Shown piece after piece: positions 9,089 through 18,326 of a stretch of 64,000 nt of DNA (position 1 is its first letter; each line of letters begins with the position of its first letter). The translations under genes and the position numbers were made by a program. Below the pieces are notes generated by a model. That model worked only from the letters and a program-made list of their open reading frames with translations. It made no database searches and had not been told where the DNA came from. This DNA comes from Fibrobacterota bacterium (lineage in GTDB: Bacteria; Fibrobacterota; Fibrobacteria; UBA11236): the NCBI GenBank assembly GCA_023249635.1, contig JAHFCH010000008.1, forward strand, positions 2,810-66,809, in the 5' to 3' direction.

Positions 9089-10213
9089 TTAGGAGTTGAG
9101 GGCCAGCTGGTAGAGGGCCTCGTACTGGGGGACGATGCGGTCGGGGTGGAAGAGTTCCTTGGCGGCCTTGCGGCCCGCCTTCCCCATGACGACACGCAGT
9201 TCCTTGGAGCGCCCCAACTCCACGGCATGCGTGGCCATGCTATCGACGTCCCCGACGTCGGCCAGGAAGCCGCTGACGCCGTGGGCCACCACTTCGGGGA
9301 TGCCGCCCGAACGGGAGGCTATCACCGGCACCTCGCAGGCCATGGCCTCCAAAGGCGCCAGGCCGAAGCTTTCCACTTCGGAGGGGAACAGGAGCACGTC
9401 GGCGCAACCCAGTATGCTTACGATGTCGAGCTGCTTGCCCAGGTAACGTACGTGTTTCTGCACTCCCAGCTGGGCGGCCAATTCCTTGGCTTCGCGCAGC
9501 ATGGGGCCTTCTCCCACCAGCACCAGTACGGCATCGATCTGCTCCCGCACCTTGGCGAAGATGCGGATCACGTCCGGGATGCGTTTCACCGGGCGGAAAT
9601 TGGAGATGTGGATATACACGATTTGATCCGGGGTCGCGAAATTGGAGCGATGGCAGCCGAAAGCCGGATGGCGGAATAGATCCAGGTCCACGAAATTATG
9701 CACGCGGTGGATGGGTTTGCTCGGGCTGAACACGCTCTCGGTGCGTTCCTTGAGGTAATCGGAGACCGCGGTGACCACGGTGCTCTCGTTGATCCCGAAG
9801 CGGGTGATATCGAAAAAGCTTTTCTCCTGCCCTACCAGGGTGATATCCGTGCCATGCAAGGTGGTAACGATGGGGACCCGTTGCGGCTTGAGCAACTGGG
9901 CAGCCAAGTAGGCGCTGATGGCATGGGGGATGGCGTAATGCACGTGCAGCAAGTCCAGGCCTTCGGAAACGAATACGTCCCTCATCTTGGCGGCCAGGGC
10001 CAGATCGTAAGGCGGATGCTCGAAGAGCGGATAGGGCTCCATGTCCACGGTGTGGAAGTAGATGCGCTCCTGGAAATCCCGCTGCAAGCGGTACGGGATG
10101 GTGGAGGTGATGAAATGGATCTCGTGACCGCGCTTGGCCAGGAACTTCCCCAATTCCGAGGCGAGCACGCCGCTGCCGCCATAGGTGGGATAACAGGTAA
10201 TTCCGATTTTCAT
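9089..10213 (-). CDS. bshA: N-acetyl-alpha-D-glucosaminyl L-malate synthase (GT4 glycosyltransferase)
   Basis: MKIGITCYPTYGGSGVLASELGKFLAKRGHEIHFIT...FPSEVESFGLAPLEAMACEVPVIASRSGGIPEVV is the BshA-type GT4 signature. The start is the internal Met of the ORF listed at 10312 and overlaps the bshB stop. Confidence 0.8.
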   Translation of the reverse strand: MKIGITCYPTYGGSGVLASELGKFLAKRGHEIHFITSTIPYRLQRDFQERIYFHTVDMEPYPLFEHPPYDLALAAKMRDVFVSEGLDLLHVHYAIPHAISAYLAAQLLKPQRVPIVTTLHGTDITLVGQEKSFFDITRFGINESTVVTAVSDYLKERTESVFSPSKPIHRVHNFVDLDLFRHPAFGCHRSNFATPDQIVYIHISNFRPVKRIPDVIRIFAKVREQIDAVLVLVGEGPMLREAKELAAQLGVQKHVRYLGKQLDIVSILGCADVLLFPSEVESFGLAPLEAMACEVPVIASRSGGIPEVVAHGVSGFLADVGDVDSMATHAVELGRSKELRVVMGKAGRKAAKELFHPDRIVPQYEALYQLALNS

Positions 10214-10914
10214 GCGAATCTCCCCGCGCCCAGCGCGGTAATGTCCCCGACCTCCGGCAACTCGGCGCAGGTGAATGCTTCCGCGTAGCGGCGCTTGATG
10301 CGCGTTCCCCAATAGCGATTGCGGACGGTAAGGAAATCCAGGAAGGCCGGGCTGGCCAAATCCGTCTTACCCTTGAAAGCGCGCGCGTCCGGATTATGGA
10401 ACTGGCTCTTATAGCACATGATGGCTTTGAGCTTGGCTTCCCAGTGTTCGCTGATATCGACGCAGAACGAAGGCGTATGCGCTTCCATGCCGATGAAATG
10501 GAACACCCGTCCGGGACGGTACGCTTGGCCCGCGCAATCGAGCTTGGCAAGTCCCGCCTTGTACGCGGCCTGCTTGACGATGCGCGCCGTCACCTCATGG
10601 TCGGGATGCTCTTCGCTGGCATGATGGGTGATGACGACTTTGGGCCGCCATGCGCGGATGGCGTCGATGACGAGTTTCTGGGCATCCCATCCGTCGGCCA
10701 GCCGCCCGTCGGGCAGGCCCAGGTTCACGCGGCTTACCCCCATGAGTTTGGCGGCGGCCTTGGCTTCGCGGGCCCGGATCTCCGGAGTGCCGCGGGTGCC
10801 CATGGAAGCGTCGGTCATATCCACGATCACGCCTTTGCGGCCCATGGCGGCCAGCTTGAGCACGGTGCCTCCGCAACCGAGTTCGATGTCGTCCGGATGG
10901 GCGCCGATGGCCAT
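10210..10914 (-). CDS. bshB: N-acetylglucosaminyl-malate deacetylase (LmbE/PIG-L family)
   Basis: MAIGAHPDDIELGCGGTVLK...ITHHASEEHPDHEVTARIV is the PIG-L/LmbE zinc deacetylase motif. The start is an internal Met; the upstream 44 codons of the listed ORF lie inside the repeat element. Confidence 0.75.
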   Translation of the reverse strand: MAIGAHPDDIELGCGGTVLKLAAMGRKGVIVDMTDASMGTRGTPEIRAREAKAAAKLMGVSRVNLGLPDGRLADGWDAQKLVIDAIRAWRPKVVITHHASEEHPDHEVTARIVKQAAYKAGLAKLDCAGQAYRPGRVFHFIGMEAHTPSFCVDISEHWEAKLKAIMCYKSQFHNPDARAFKGKTDLASPAFLDFLTVRNRYWGTRIKRRYAEAFTCAELPEVGDITALGAGRFA

Positions 10915-10984
10915 GAAGTCAAGGGAAGAGGAAGCCTTTGGAGAACGGGTGAGATTAACCAATCGATGGCCCTCCCAGAAGCAT

Positions 10985-11106
10985 ATCGTCGGGCGTTGGG
11001 CGTCGGGCGTCGGGCGAGAAGAAATTCGGCGAAAATTTCCGCCCAAGCAGGAAAATACGCTTCGCGCATTTTACGCCCGACGCCCGACGCCCGACGCCCG
11101 ACGATG
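10985..11106. repeat. structured intergenic element: (CGTCGGG)x4 arm, ~57-bp hairpin-forming core, inverted (CCCGACG)x4 arm
   Basis: Left arm 10987-11016 is tcgtcgggcgttgggcgtcgggcgtcgggcg. Right arm 11074-11104 is cgcccgacgcccgacgcccgacgcccgacga. The core contains GAAATTcggcgAAAATTTC. A second copy lies at 58758-58865. Confidence 0.6.
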
Positions 11107-11145
11107 CATTGATAAAATGTTCCACTCTCGCTCCCCTCACCACGC

Positions 11146-12795
11146 TTATTTCCTCGGCTCTTCGTATTTCATCAATTGCACATCCGTCGCCAATGGATCC
11201 ACCGCGTTCCGCAAGTCCACGAAACCATCGCGGCCGATGGCCTGCAACAGCGAACCCAGGCAGAGATGGCGATCCTGGCCCATGCCGTTGCCGAGCCAAC
11301 GCAGGTGTGCGAATAGTCCCGCGTGGCTTTGCGCCGTGGGCGCGTAGGCGGCTTTTTCCAGGCTGCGCTGGTAGCGCTTCCAGGCGGCCCCCACGGTTCT
11401 TTCCAGTCGGGCCAATGGGCCTTCATCGCGAAAATGGCGCGCGTGGGACTTGCGCAAACCTTCCAGCCAGCGATCCGAAGTCGTGGATGCGATTACGTTG
11501 GCGGCCGGGTGCGTGCGCCAGAGCGTATCGGCGAGGCGGGAACGTAACGCGCCGGGACCGAAGCGCATGACCTCGGCCAGGTCGATGCCTTCCGCCTGGA
11601 ACGCGTCCCAGGCGGAGCCGGGGGCCAAGGCCGCGGTCATGCGCGGATGCAAGAGCGGCATATCCCCCGTGGACTTGAGGAACAGCGGGGAGAGCTGGGC
11701 GAAGTAGCGCAGCTCGGCCGGCCCCAGCACGTGGCCCAACACCGGAAAAATCGCGTCCGCGGCCAAGGGGCGACTGAACACGTCATGGGTCGGTTCCGCG
11801 CCCGCCATGGCCTCGCGGGCATCGGCATTGGGCCTGTCGGCGGTGTAGAGCCGATCCCCGGCGGGCAAGCGTTGCGCGAAGAGGCGCTGGCGTTCGCCGT
11901 TCCGGAGCAGAAAGGCATGGGCGATGCCGGGGCGCGCGTCCACCTGGATGGGAATGCCCGCGGCGGCGGCGGCGGTAGTACCCGCGGCCAGCAGGGACTG
12001 CCACTCCTCCCAACCCGCAATGGCCTGCTCGAGCACGGGGCGCGCGCGGGCGCGCAGGTTGCGGGAATACCCATCGACGAACAGAATGCCTTCGCGGCCC
12101 AATTGGGCCTGGGCCAGGCGGAGGAATCCCGAGGCCAGGGTGCTGGGGGCGGGATAGGCGCGGCGCATCAGCTCCACCGTCTCCGGATTCCAGACCACTC
12201 CCAGCCGCTTGAGCAAACCCTTGAGGGCATCGGGTTCGACCCGGCGCTCGCCCATGGCCAGCATGCGGCCATCGGCGGGATACGGCAGGCGGAGATCGCC
12301 ATGTACCTCGCCGGCGTCGCGCTCCAGCAATTCCACGTGATTGCATTCGGCCAGATCGGAATCGTCCCCGGCCACCCAGAATATGGGGATCACGGGGCGC
12401 GAGAGCTTGATCGACCATTCCCGCGCCAGGGCCGCGCAGGTGAGGGCCTTGTAGTACCAGAGGATGGGCCCGCCCAAGAGGCCGGGTTGCTGTCCCGTGA
12501 GCACGTAGACCGCGGCCGGAGAGCCGGCGGCCTCCAGGTTCGCGCGCTGCTCCGGGGCCAAGGGCGCGAAAGCATTCTCGTGGCGGAGGAATTCCTGCAG
12601 ATCCTTCCGCGGCGCGCCGCCGTCCAACCAGGCCAATCGCCGCGCGACATGGCTTTCGGATCGGAAATGGCCGCCGGGATAGATGGCAGCGCTCAGGGAG
12701 GTATCACCCAGGGTACCTGCGCCCTCGTCCATGGCGTAAAGCACCCGCTGGGCGGCATCGGCGGCGGGAAGGATGGCATGCGGGGTTACGCGCAT
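11146..12795 (-). CDS. bshC: bacillithiol biosynthesis cysteine-adding enzyme
   Basis: Protein is 549 aa. The N-terminal region VYVLTGQQPGLLGGPILWYYKALTCAALAREWSIKLSRPVIPIFWVAGDDSD matches the conserved BshC (DUF1079) core (VTGQQ...GGP...K...PVFWIAGEDHD). Confidence 0.75.
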   Translation of the reverse strand: MRVTPHAILPAADAAQRVLYAMDEGAGTLGDTSLSAAIYPGGHFRSESHVARRLAWLDGGAPRKDLQEFLRHENAFAPLAPEQRANLEAAGSPAAVYVLTGQQPGLLGGPILWYYKALTCAALAREWSIKLSRPVIPIFWVAGDDSDLAECNHVELLERDAGEVHGDLRLPYPADGRMLAMGERRVEPDALKGLLKRLGVVWNPETVELMRRAYPAPSTLASGFLRLAQAQLGREGILFVDGYSRNLRARARPVLEQAIAGWEEWQSLLAAGTTAAAAAGIPIQVDARPGIAHAFLLRNGERQRLFAQRLPAGDRLYTADRPNADAREAMAGAEPTHDVFSRPLAADAIFPVLGHVLGPAELRYFAQLSPLFLKSTGDMPLLHPRMTAALAPGSAWDAFQAEGIDLAEVMRFGPGALRSRLADTLWRTHPAANVIASTTSDRWLEGLRKSHARHFRDEGPLARLERTVGAAWKRYQRSLEKAAYAPTAQSHAGLFAHLRWLGNGMGQDRHLCLGSLLQAIGRDGFVDLRNAVDPLATDVQLMKYEEPRK

Positions 12796-12814
12796 GGATT
12801 TTCCGGGGAGGCCT

Positions 12815-13597
12815 TTAAGGCCTTGCGGCCTCTAAGGTCTTCGCTAAGCCCGCTCCGGCCCGGAACAGCAGGGCCATGCGCGGGGATTCGTCGCCGCGGT
12901 AGGCGCAACCGGCCTCGTCCCCGAAGGTGGCCTCATGGGAAAGGGAAAAGCGCGCGGCCAGCGCGAGTATGTCCGCCGATTCGTACAGGCGCACGCGCTC
13001 CTGGTACTGTTCGCGTGAGCCGTCGGGCCGCAGGATATCGATCTCCTTGACCACCATGCTGGAAGGGCCTTCGGACTGGGGTTCGAGGCGGCGGCGCTGT
13101 TCCACGACGGCGCCATCCACTTCGCGCCTATCGGAGGAGACCAGGTGCTTCACGAGGTGGCCTTTGTTGATCAAATCCAGGAACAGGTAGCCGCCGGGCT
13201 TGAGCAGGGAAACCATTTGCGCCAGCGCTTCCACGTCCTCGGCGAAGGTAGCAAAGTACCCGAAGGAAGTAAAAAACGAGGTTACCAGATCGAAACCGCC
13301 CGCGCGGAACGGAAGCCAACGCATGTCGCCGCGCGCCACCGCCTGGCCCGCCGCGCGCGCGTCGCGCAACAGGGGCATGCTCAAATCCAATCCCAGGCAA
13401 TGCGGGAAGCCATGCGCGCGCAACCATTCCAGGTGCCGGCCCGCGCCGCATCCCACGTCGAGTATCCGCCACTCCGGTGTTACGGGTAACTGGCGCGTTA
13501 CGAAGCGGGCCTGTACCGCGGCCTGGCGCGTGTCGCGGTGCGGGTAGAGTTTCTTGTAGCTGTCGCCGAACCAACGGCGGAACCAGGCGTCAGCCAT
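12815..13597 (-). CDS. class I SAM-dependent methyltransferase
   Basis: ILDVGCGAGRHLEWL (motif I), then GFDLVTSFFTSFGYF and LLKPGGYLFLDLIN. Confidence 0.8.
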   Translation of the reverse strand: MADAWFRRWFGDSYKKLYPHRDTRQAAVQARFVTRQLPVTPEWRILDVGCGAGRHLEWLRAHGFPHCLGLDLSMPLLRDARAAGQAVARGDMRWLPFRAGGFDLVTSFFTSFGYFATFAEDVEALAQMVSLLKPGGYLFLDLINKGHLVKHLVSSDRREVDGAVVEQRRRLEPQSEGPSSMVVKEIDILRPDGSREQYQERVRLYESADILALAARFSLSHEATFGDEAGCAYRGDESPRMALLFRAGAGLAKTLEAARP

Positions 13598-13696
13598 GGA
13601 GGCCGACGCGGGAGGAAGGGGAAGATTCGGGTAGTGCTTGGGCGCGGGACCGCGCGGAGAAGGCCGAGATTACGCTCGGCCGCAGGGGGAGCTGCT

Positions 13697-14065
13697 TTAC
13701 GCCGGAACCAGCGCCGCAGACATCTGCTGCAGGGCGGCATAGAAGTCTTCGGTCTGGGGCGGTACGGAGCAATGGGCGGTGAGCGCCTTGGCATTGCGGA
13801 ACTTCAGCGGCGGCAGCTTCTTGCTCTTGCTGAAGACGATGATGGGCTTGGGATTGATGTCTTCCAGCACGCCGAAGTATTTCAGCAGGGAGACGCAGCG
13901 CTGCCAGCTCTGGTGATCGACCAGCATGCCGTCGAAGGCGCCGAGACGGCCGCGCGAGAGCACGGCGGCCAGATCGAAGGTCTGGAAATTGTGGGGCGTG
14001 GAGGTCAGAAGATCCTCCAGATGCTTGCGGAGGCTGCTGTTTTCGGAAAACACCACTAACTTCAT
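13697..14065 (-). CDS. hypothetical protein with an atypical receiver-like fold
   Basis: MKLVVFSEN...GMLVDHQSW...PIIVFSKSK follows a receiver beta-alpha periodicity, but the acidic-pair residues are replaced. Start is the internal Met of the ORF listed at 14089. Confidence 0.3.
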   Translation of the reverse strand: MKLVVFSENSSLRKHLEDLLTSTPHNFQTFDLAAVLSRGRLGAFDGMLVDHQSWQRCVSLLKYFGVLEDINPKPIIVFSKSKKLPPLKFRNAKALTAHCSVPPQTEDFYAALQQMSAALVPA

Positions 14066-14199
14066 GGCCTGGGATTCCTTTCGGCCCACGGGGAGGAATT
14101 GATCCTGCCTTCGGAGCCAAGGTGAAATGAGGGGATAAAGCTAGCAAGATTGCCCAAAAATTAAAAATATCGGGGGCTAAGGGGGCCTAGGAATCGGTG

Positions 14200-15525
14200 C
14201 TAAGCCTTCAAAACGGCCTGAATCGCCTGGGTGGTGATGCCCTCCAGCTCGGCCAACACCCCGGATTCGGCGTTCAGGGGCAGCAACCAGTACACCGTAT
14301 CACCCAAGGTACGCAGCAAGGCCCCCCTCGCCACCGCCTCTTGATAGACCCGGAATCCGGCCCGCTTCCCCTGTCCCGTGCCCGGTCCCGTCAGCTCCGC
14401 CGCCGCCACCGCGCCCAGGCAGCGAACGTTTTTCAAGCAGCCGGTCGCCGCCGCGACGCGCTCCATGGCCGCCCGCAATTCCGGTTGCCCGCGGTGCACT
14501 TGCCCCAGGATATCCTCGTCGCGGTATACGTTCAGGGTCTCAAGAGCCACCGCGGCCGCGAGCGCGTTGCCGGCGTAGGTATTGGAATGCAGGAAGTCCC
14601 GTCCCTCGCCGTATCCCGCGTAGAAAAGATCGTAGATGGCATCGGGAACCAACACCGCGGACATGGCGAGCCATCCCGCGGTAAGCCCCTTGGAGACGCA
14701 GACCAGATCGGGAACGATGCCGGCATGTTCGCAGGCCAGCATGGTGCCGGTGCGGCCGAAGCCGGAGAGGATTTCGTCCGCGATCAGGTAAACGCCGTGT
14801 TGCTTGGTCCAGGCGCGCAGGCGGCGCAGAAAATCGGCGCTGTAGAAGCGCATGCCGCCGGCCCCTTGCAGGATGGGTTCCACCACGACGGCGCACAGGC
14901 CGGCGAGATTCGCTTGCAACTGGCGCTCCAAAGCGGGCCAGGCTTCGGAGCAATCGCTCCACAGCGGATGCGTATCCGAATCCACGTAGGGAAGACCGCG
15001 CAGGAATGAAACCGGAGGCAGTATCTCGCGATAGGCTTCGCGGTAGAGGCCCAAATCCCCCAGCGCCAGCGTCAGGGCCGTCTCGCCATGATAGCCGTTC
15101 TCCAGCGCCAGAAAGCGGCTCTCACCGCCACCCTGGATCTTTTTCGCGTGCAGGGCCATTTTGGCCGCCACCTCCACCGCGGTGGAACCGTCGCCGGCGT
15201 AGAAAACGTGGTTGAGCCCGGGAGCCAGGGCCGCGAGCCTTTCGGAAAGGGAAACGATCACTTCGTTGGTGGTATTGGCGAGGATCACGTGTTCGAAACG
15301 ATCCATCTGCCGCGAAAGCGCCGCGCGCAGCCGGGGATGGCCGTGTCCCAGGTTCTTGCACCACCAGCTGGAGATGGCGTCGATGAGGGTGCGGCCGCCG
15401 GCCAGGTGCAGGCGGGACCCCTGGGCCGCGATCACTTCCAAAGGCGGAAAGGATTCGTAGTCCCGCATTTGCGAGCAAGGATGCCAAACATGCCGCAGAT
15501 CGCGGGCGCCGAGATCGGACATCAC
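14200..15525 (-). CDS. bioA: adenosylmethionine-8-amino-7-oxononanoate aminotransferase
   Basis: Class-III aminotransferase with BioA features (HVWHPCSQM, WWCKNLGHGHPRL, YLIADEILSGFGRTG, PDLVCVSKGLTAG). Confidence 0.85.
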   Translation of the reverse strand: MMSDLGARDLRHVWHPCSQMRDYESFPPLEVIAAQGSRLHLAGGRTLIDAISSWWCKNLGHGHPRLRAALSRQMDRFEHVILANTTNEVIVSLSERLAALAPGLNHVFYAGDGSTAVEVAAKMALHAKKIQGGGESRFLALENGYHGETALTLALGDLGLYREAYREILPPVSFLRGLPYVDSDTHPLWSDCSEAWPALERQLQANLAGLCAVVVEPILQGAGGMRFYSADFLRRLRAWTKQHGVYLIADEILSGFGRTGTMLACEHAGIVPDLVCVSKGLTAGWLAMSAVLVPDAIYDLFYAGYGEGRDFLHSNTYAGNALAAAVALETLNVYRDEDILGQVHRGQPELRAAMERVAAATGCLKNVRCLGAVAAAELTGPGTGQGKRAGFRVYQEAVARGALLRTLGDTVYWLLPLNAESGVLAELEGITTQAIQAVLKA

Positions 15526-15526
15526 G

Positions 15527-16069
15527 CTACAGGGGAGGAGTCAGGAATGCCCCCCGCGGGGCCGCGGGGTCTTGCGTTTGCGAGGAATCGGCGGCGGCCT
15601 TCTCCAGCACCCACTCGGGCTGGCCCTTGCCGCGTTCGCTGTCTTCGATCTTCATGCGCAAGGCGCGTAATTGCGGACCGGTGCGCAGCAATACGGTATA
15701 CAGGCCCGGCGCGAGATTGCGCGGCCGCAAGGTCCAATCGCCGGCCTGCAAAGTGTAGACGGTACGCGCCAAGGTGCGGCCGGCGCCGTTGCGGATCTCC
15801 GCCGTAACATCCTGGTTACTGATCATGCGCAGGGAGAATCCGTCGCGGGCCGAGAAGGAGAGATGCTTGAGCGCGGCGGGAGGCCGTACCAGCTTGCGCG
15901 AACCGGGCGCCGCTCCCGGGGCGGTGCGGGCCGCAGGGGATGCGTCATCGGGGCCGCGGGTCGAGCCGGGAGAAAGGGATGCGGGGGCTTGCGAAGGGTC
16001 GGCCGCGAACCCCCCGACGGCGAAGGCCAACAGCAGGGTGATCGGCGCGAATCCAATCGGCTGGGTCAT
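15527..16069 (-). CDS. hypothetical secreted protein
   Basis: Signal peptide (ITLLLAFAVGGFAADP). The C-terminal region is beta-rich (YTLQAGDWTLRPRNLAPGLYTVLLRTG) and reminiscent of a T9SS CTD. Stop abuts the bioA start. Confidence 0.35.
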   Translation of the reverse strand: MTQPIGFAPITLLLAFAVGGFAADPSQAPASLSPGSTRGPDDASPAARTAPGAAPGSRKLVRPPAALKHLSFSARDGFSLRMISNQDVTAEIRNGAGRTLARTVYTLQAGDWTLRPRNLAPGLYTVLLRTGPQLRALRMKIEDSERGKGQPEWVLEKAAADSSQTQDPAAPRGAFLTPPL

Positions 16070-16156
16070 CTCGAATCCCTTCCTGGCCCGGCGTGCGGGC
16101 GCCGGAAAAGCTAGTCATCGCGGGAATCGCCCGCAACGATGCCAAAGGATAGCGTA

Positions 16157-18280
16157 TCAACGTCCCGTTTTCCAGTTTCCCGCGCTCCCGAATACGGCCA
16201 ATTCCACCGCATGCATGGGCGCGGCGGCTTTCAGCATGGCTTCCGCGAATTCCGCTTCCGGATCCGACTCCGACAGTATGGCGCCGCCGCAACCAACGCG
16301 ATATTCCCCATTCACATGCACCAAGGTACGGATCACCATGCCCAGATCCATGGCTCCATCGAAACCCAGATATCCCATTGCTCCCGAAAAGATACCGCGT
16401 GGGCGGCGTTCCGCAGCCGCGAGCAATTCCATGGTCCGTTTCTTCGGCGCTCCCGTCATGGAGCCTCCCGGGAAGCAGGCGCGCACCGCCGAGAGGGCGG
16501 TTTCGCCCTCGGCCAGCCGCCCGGTCACGGTGGAGACCAATTGCAGCACGTTGGGATGCGTTTCCACTTTCATCATCTCGGGCGCGGCCACGGTGCCCAG
16601 GGCGCATACCTTGCCGAAATCATTGCGCACCAGATCCACGATCATAAGGTTTTCCGATCGATCCTTGGCGTTGCCCGCCAGTTCGGCGCGCAAAGCCGCA
16701 TCGGCTTCGGCATCCGCGCCCCGGGGACGGGTCCCTTTGATGGGCCGGCTGGCGAGGTTGCCGCGCGCGTCCAACTTGAGGAAGCGCTCCGGCGAGGCGG
16801 ACAGCACTTCCATTCCCGGAAAGCGCAGATAGGCGGCGTACGGCGCGGGATTGGTACGCCGCAGCAGTCGATAGACATCGAAAGGATCCGCCTCGCATTC
16901 GGCGCGCAGCTCATTGGTCAGGCAGGCTTCGTATGTCTCGCCCCGCAGGATGGCTTGTTGCAATTCCCGGATGCGATCCAGGTATTCCGGTCGGGAAGCC
17001 GAGAGGGACCAGGAAAGGCGCAAACCCGCCAGGGGATCGTCCGACGCCGGCGCCGGTGCCGTCACGTTGACGCGTCCAAGCTCCAAGGGCATGGGTAGCA
17101 AGGATTCCCATTCCCGTTCCACCTCGTCCAACCAGGCCGTGCCCGCGGCCGCCTCGCCTGCGGTAGAACCCGATTGCGGTACTGCCGTTCCCCGGGGCAG
17201 GCACGCATAGACGCGGCCCGCGGCCTGATCGAAGGCCAGCATGCGATCGGGCTCCAGGAACAAGGCGTCCGGTAAATCCGGATCCGCGGCCTGCTCGGGC
17301 CCGCCGCCCGCGAAGCGCTTGAGACCGTAGCCGAACCAACCCAGCAAACCGCCCGTGAAAGAGCCGGTGAATCCCGTTTCCGAAGGTAACCTACAGGCTA
17401 CCCCGGCGCTGAGCCGCGCCTCGATGCGGGCGAAGGCATCCGCCTCCCCGCGAACTTCCAGCAGGCGCGTACCCGAACCCATATAGGACACCCGCGCTTC
17501 GCCCGGCACCGGTTCCGCGAGGGAATCCAGCCAGAAGGCGGCGGGCGACTTACGGAACCAGCGATCGAACGCGGCTTCGGGATCGCGCCAGGGCAGGCTG
17601 CGGAATTCCATTTCGGCAATCGGCGGCGCGGTTTTCCGCGCGGAAGGAATGTGCACGGTAGCATTGACCGCGGCGGCAGCGCCGGGGCCGAGCAGGCGCG
17701 CGGAGAGGTCGCGGAAATTGGCCAGCAGGGCTTTGCCATGTTCCGTGCCGATGGATTCGGGATGGAATTGCACCCCGAAAGCGGGACGATCGCCAAGCTT
17801 GATCCCCATGATCTGCCCGTCGTCGGCGGCCGTGGCGGTAACCACCAGGCCGGGCGGCGCCGTGGCGGGATCGATGACGAGAGAATGGTAACGGACGGCC
17901 TGGAAGCCTTGCGGCACTCCTGCGAACAGATCCTTGCCGTCATGCCGGATCGGGGAAGGTTTGCCGTGGCGCACCGCCGGAGCGGGACCGACACGCCCGC
18001 CTGCGGCCAGACCCAAACCCTGCAGCCCCAGGCACACTCCCAAAAGCGGTTTATGGGCGCAGGCACGGATGGCTTCGGCGCAAATCCCGAAATCGCGCTC
18101 GCTACCGGGATGTCCGGGCCCCGGCGAGATCACCAGGTTGTCGAAGCGCGCCGCCAGGATCTGCGCGAGGGTCCATTCATCGTTGCGGATGAACAGCGGC
18201 TTTTCCCCATTCACCTCCCATAGGTATTGGAAGAGGATATGGCTGAAGGAGTCGTAATTGTCGATGAGGAGGGTCTTCAT
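16157..18280 (-). CDS. pabAB: fused glutamine amidotransferase and chorismate-binding component (aminodeoxychorismate or anthranilate synthase, PabA-PabB type)
   Basis: The N-terminus is a class-I GATase (LLIDNYDSFSHIL...GVCLGLQGL...YHSL). The C-terminus is a chorismate-utilising domain (LMIVDLVRNDFGKV...PGGSMTGAPKKRTMELL...GMVIRT). Start is the internal Met MKTLLIDNYD. Confidence 0.8.
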   Translation of the reverse strand: MKTLLIDNYDSFSHILFQYLWEVNGEKPLFIRNDEWTLAQILAARFDNLVISPGPGHPGSERDFGICAEAIRACAHKPLLGVCLGLQGLGLAAGGRVGPAPAVRHGKPSPIRHDGKDLFAGVPQGFQAVRYHSLVIDPATAPPGLVVTATAADDGQIMGIKLGDRPAFGVQFHPESIGTEHGKALLANFRDLSARLLGPGAAAAVNATVHIPSARKTAPPIAEMEFRSLPWRDPEAAFDRWFRKSPAAFWLDSLAEPVPGEARVSYMGSGTRLLEVRGEADAFARIEARLSAGVACRLPSETGFTGSFTGGLLGWFGYGLKRFAGGGPEQAADPDLPDALFLEPDRMLAFDQAAGRVYACLPRGTAVPQSGSTAGEAAAGTAWLDEVEREWESLLPMPLELGRVNVTAPAPASDDPLAGLRLSWSLSASRPEYLDRIRELQQAILRGETYEACLTNELRAECEADPFDVYRLLRRTNPAPYAAYLRFPGMEVLSASPERFLKLDARGNLASRPIKGTRPRGADAEADAALRAELAGNAKDRSENLMIVDLVRNDFGKVCALGTVAAPEMMKVETHPNVLQLVSTVTGRLAEGETALSAVRACFPGGSMTGAPKKRTMELLAAAERRPRGIFSGAMGYLGFDGAMDLGMVIRTLVHVNGEYRVGCGGAILSESDPEAEFAEAMLKAAAPMHAVELAVFGSAGNWKTGR

Positions 18281-18326
18281 GGCGGATACGCTTTTGCTAC
18301 GGGAAAACATAGATTTCCCTACACCT

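Noticed and set aside
10985-11106. Possible CRISPR array
   Set aside because: The repeats are 7-mers in direct tandem plus an inverted copy. There are no spacers of CRISPR length and no cas genes. It is not a CRISPR array.
10210-11347. ORFs with recurring RRPTPDARR peptides (N-terminal extension of 10210-11046, 10396-11112, 10628-11347, 10827-11069, 10955-11299; likewise the upstream part of 58490-59434)
   Set aside because: They are artefactual translations through the (CGTCGGG)n / (CCCGACG)n repeat arms and do not form a protein family.
11647-13050. 467-aa plus-strand ORF
   Set aside because: Antisense to bshC and the methyltransferase. Gly/Arg-rich junk composition.
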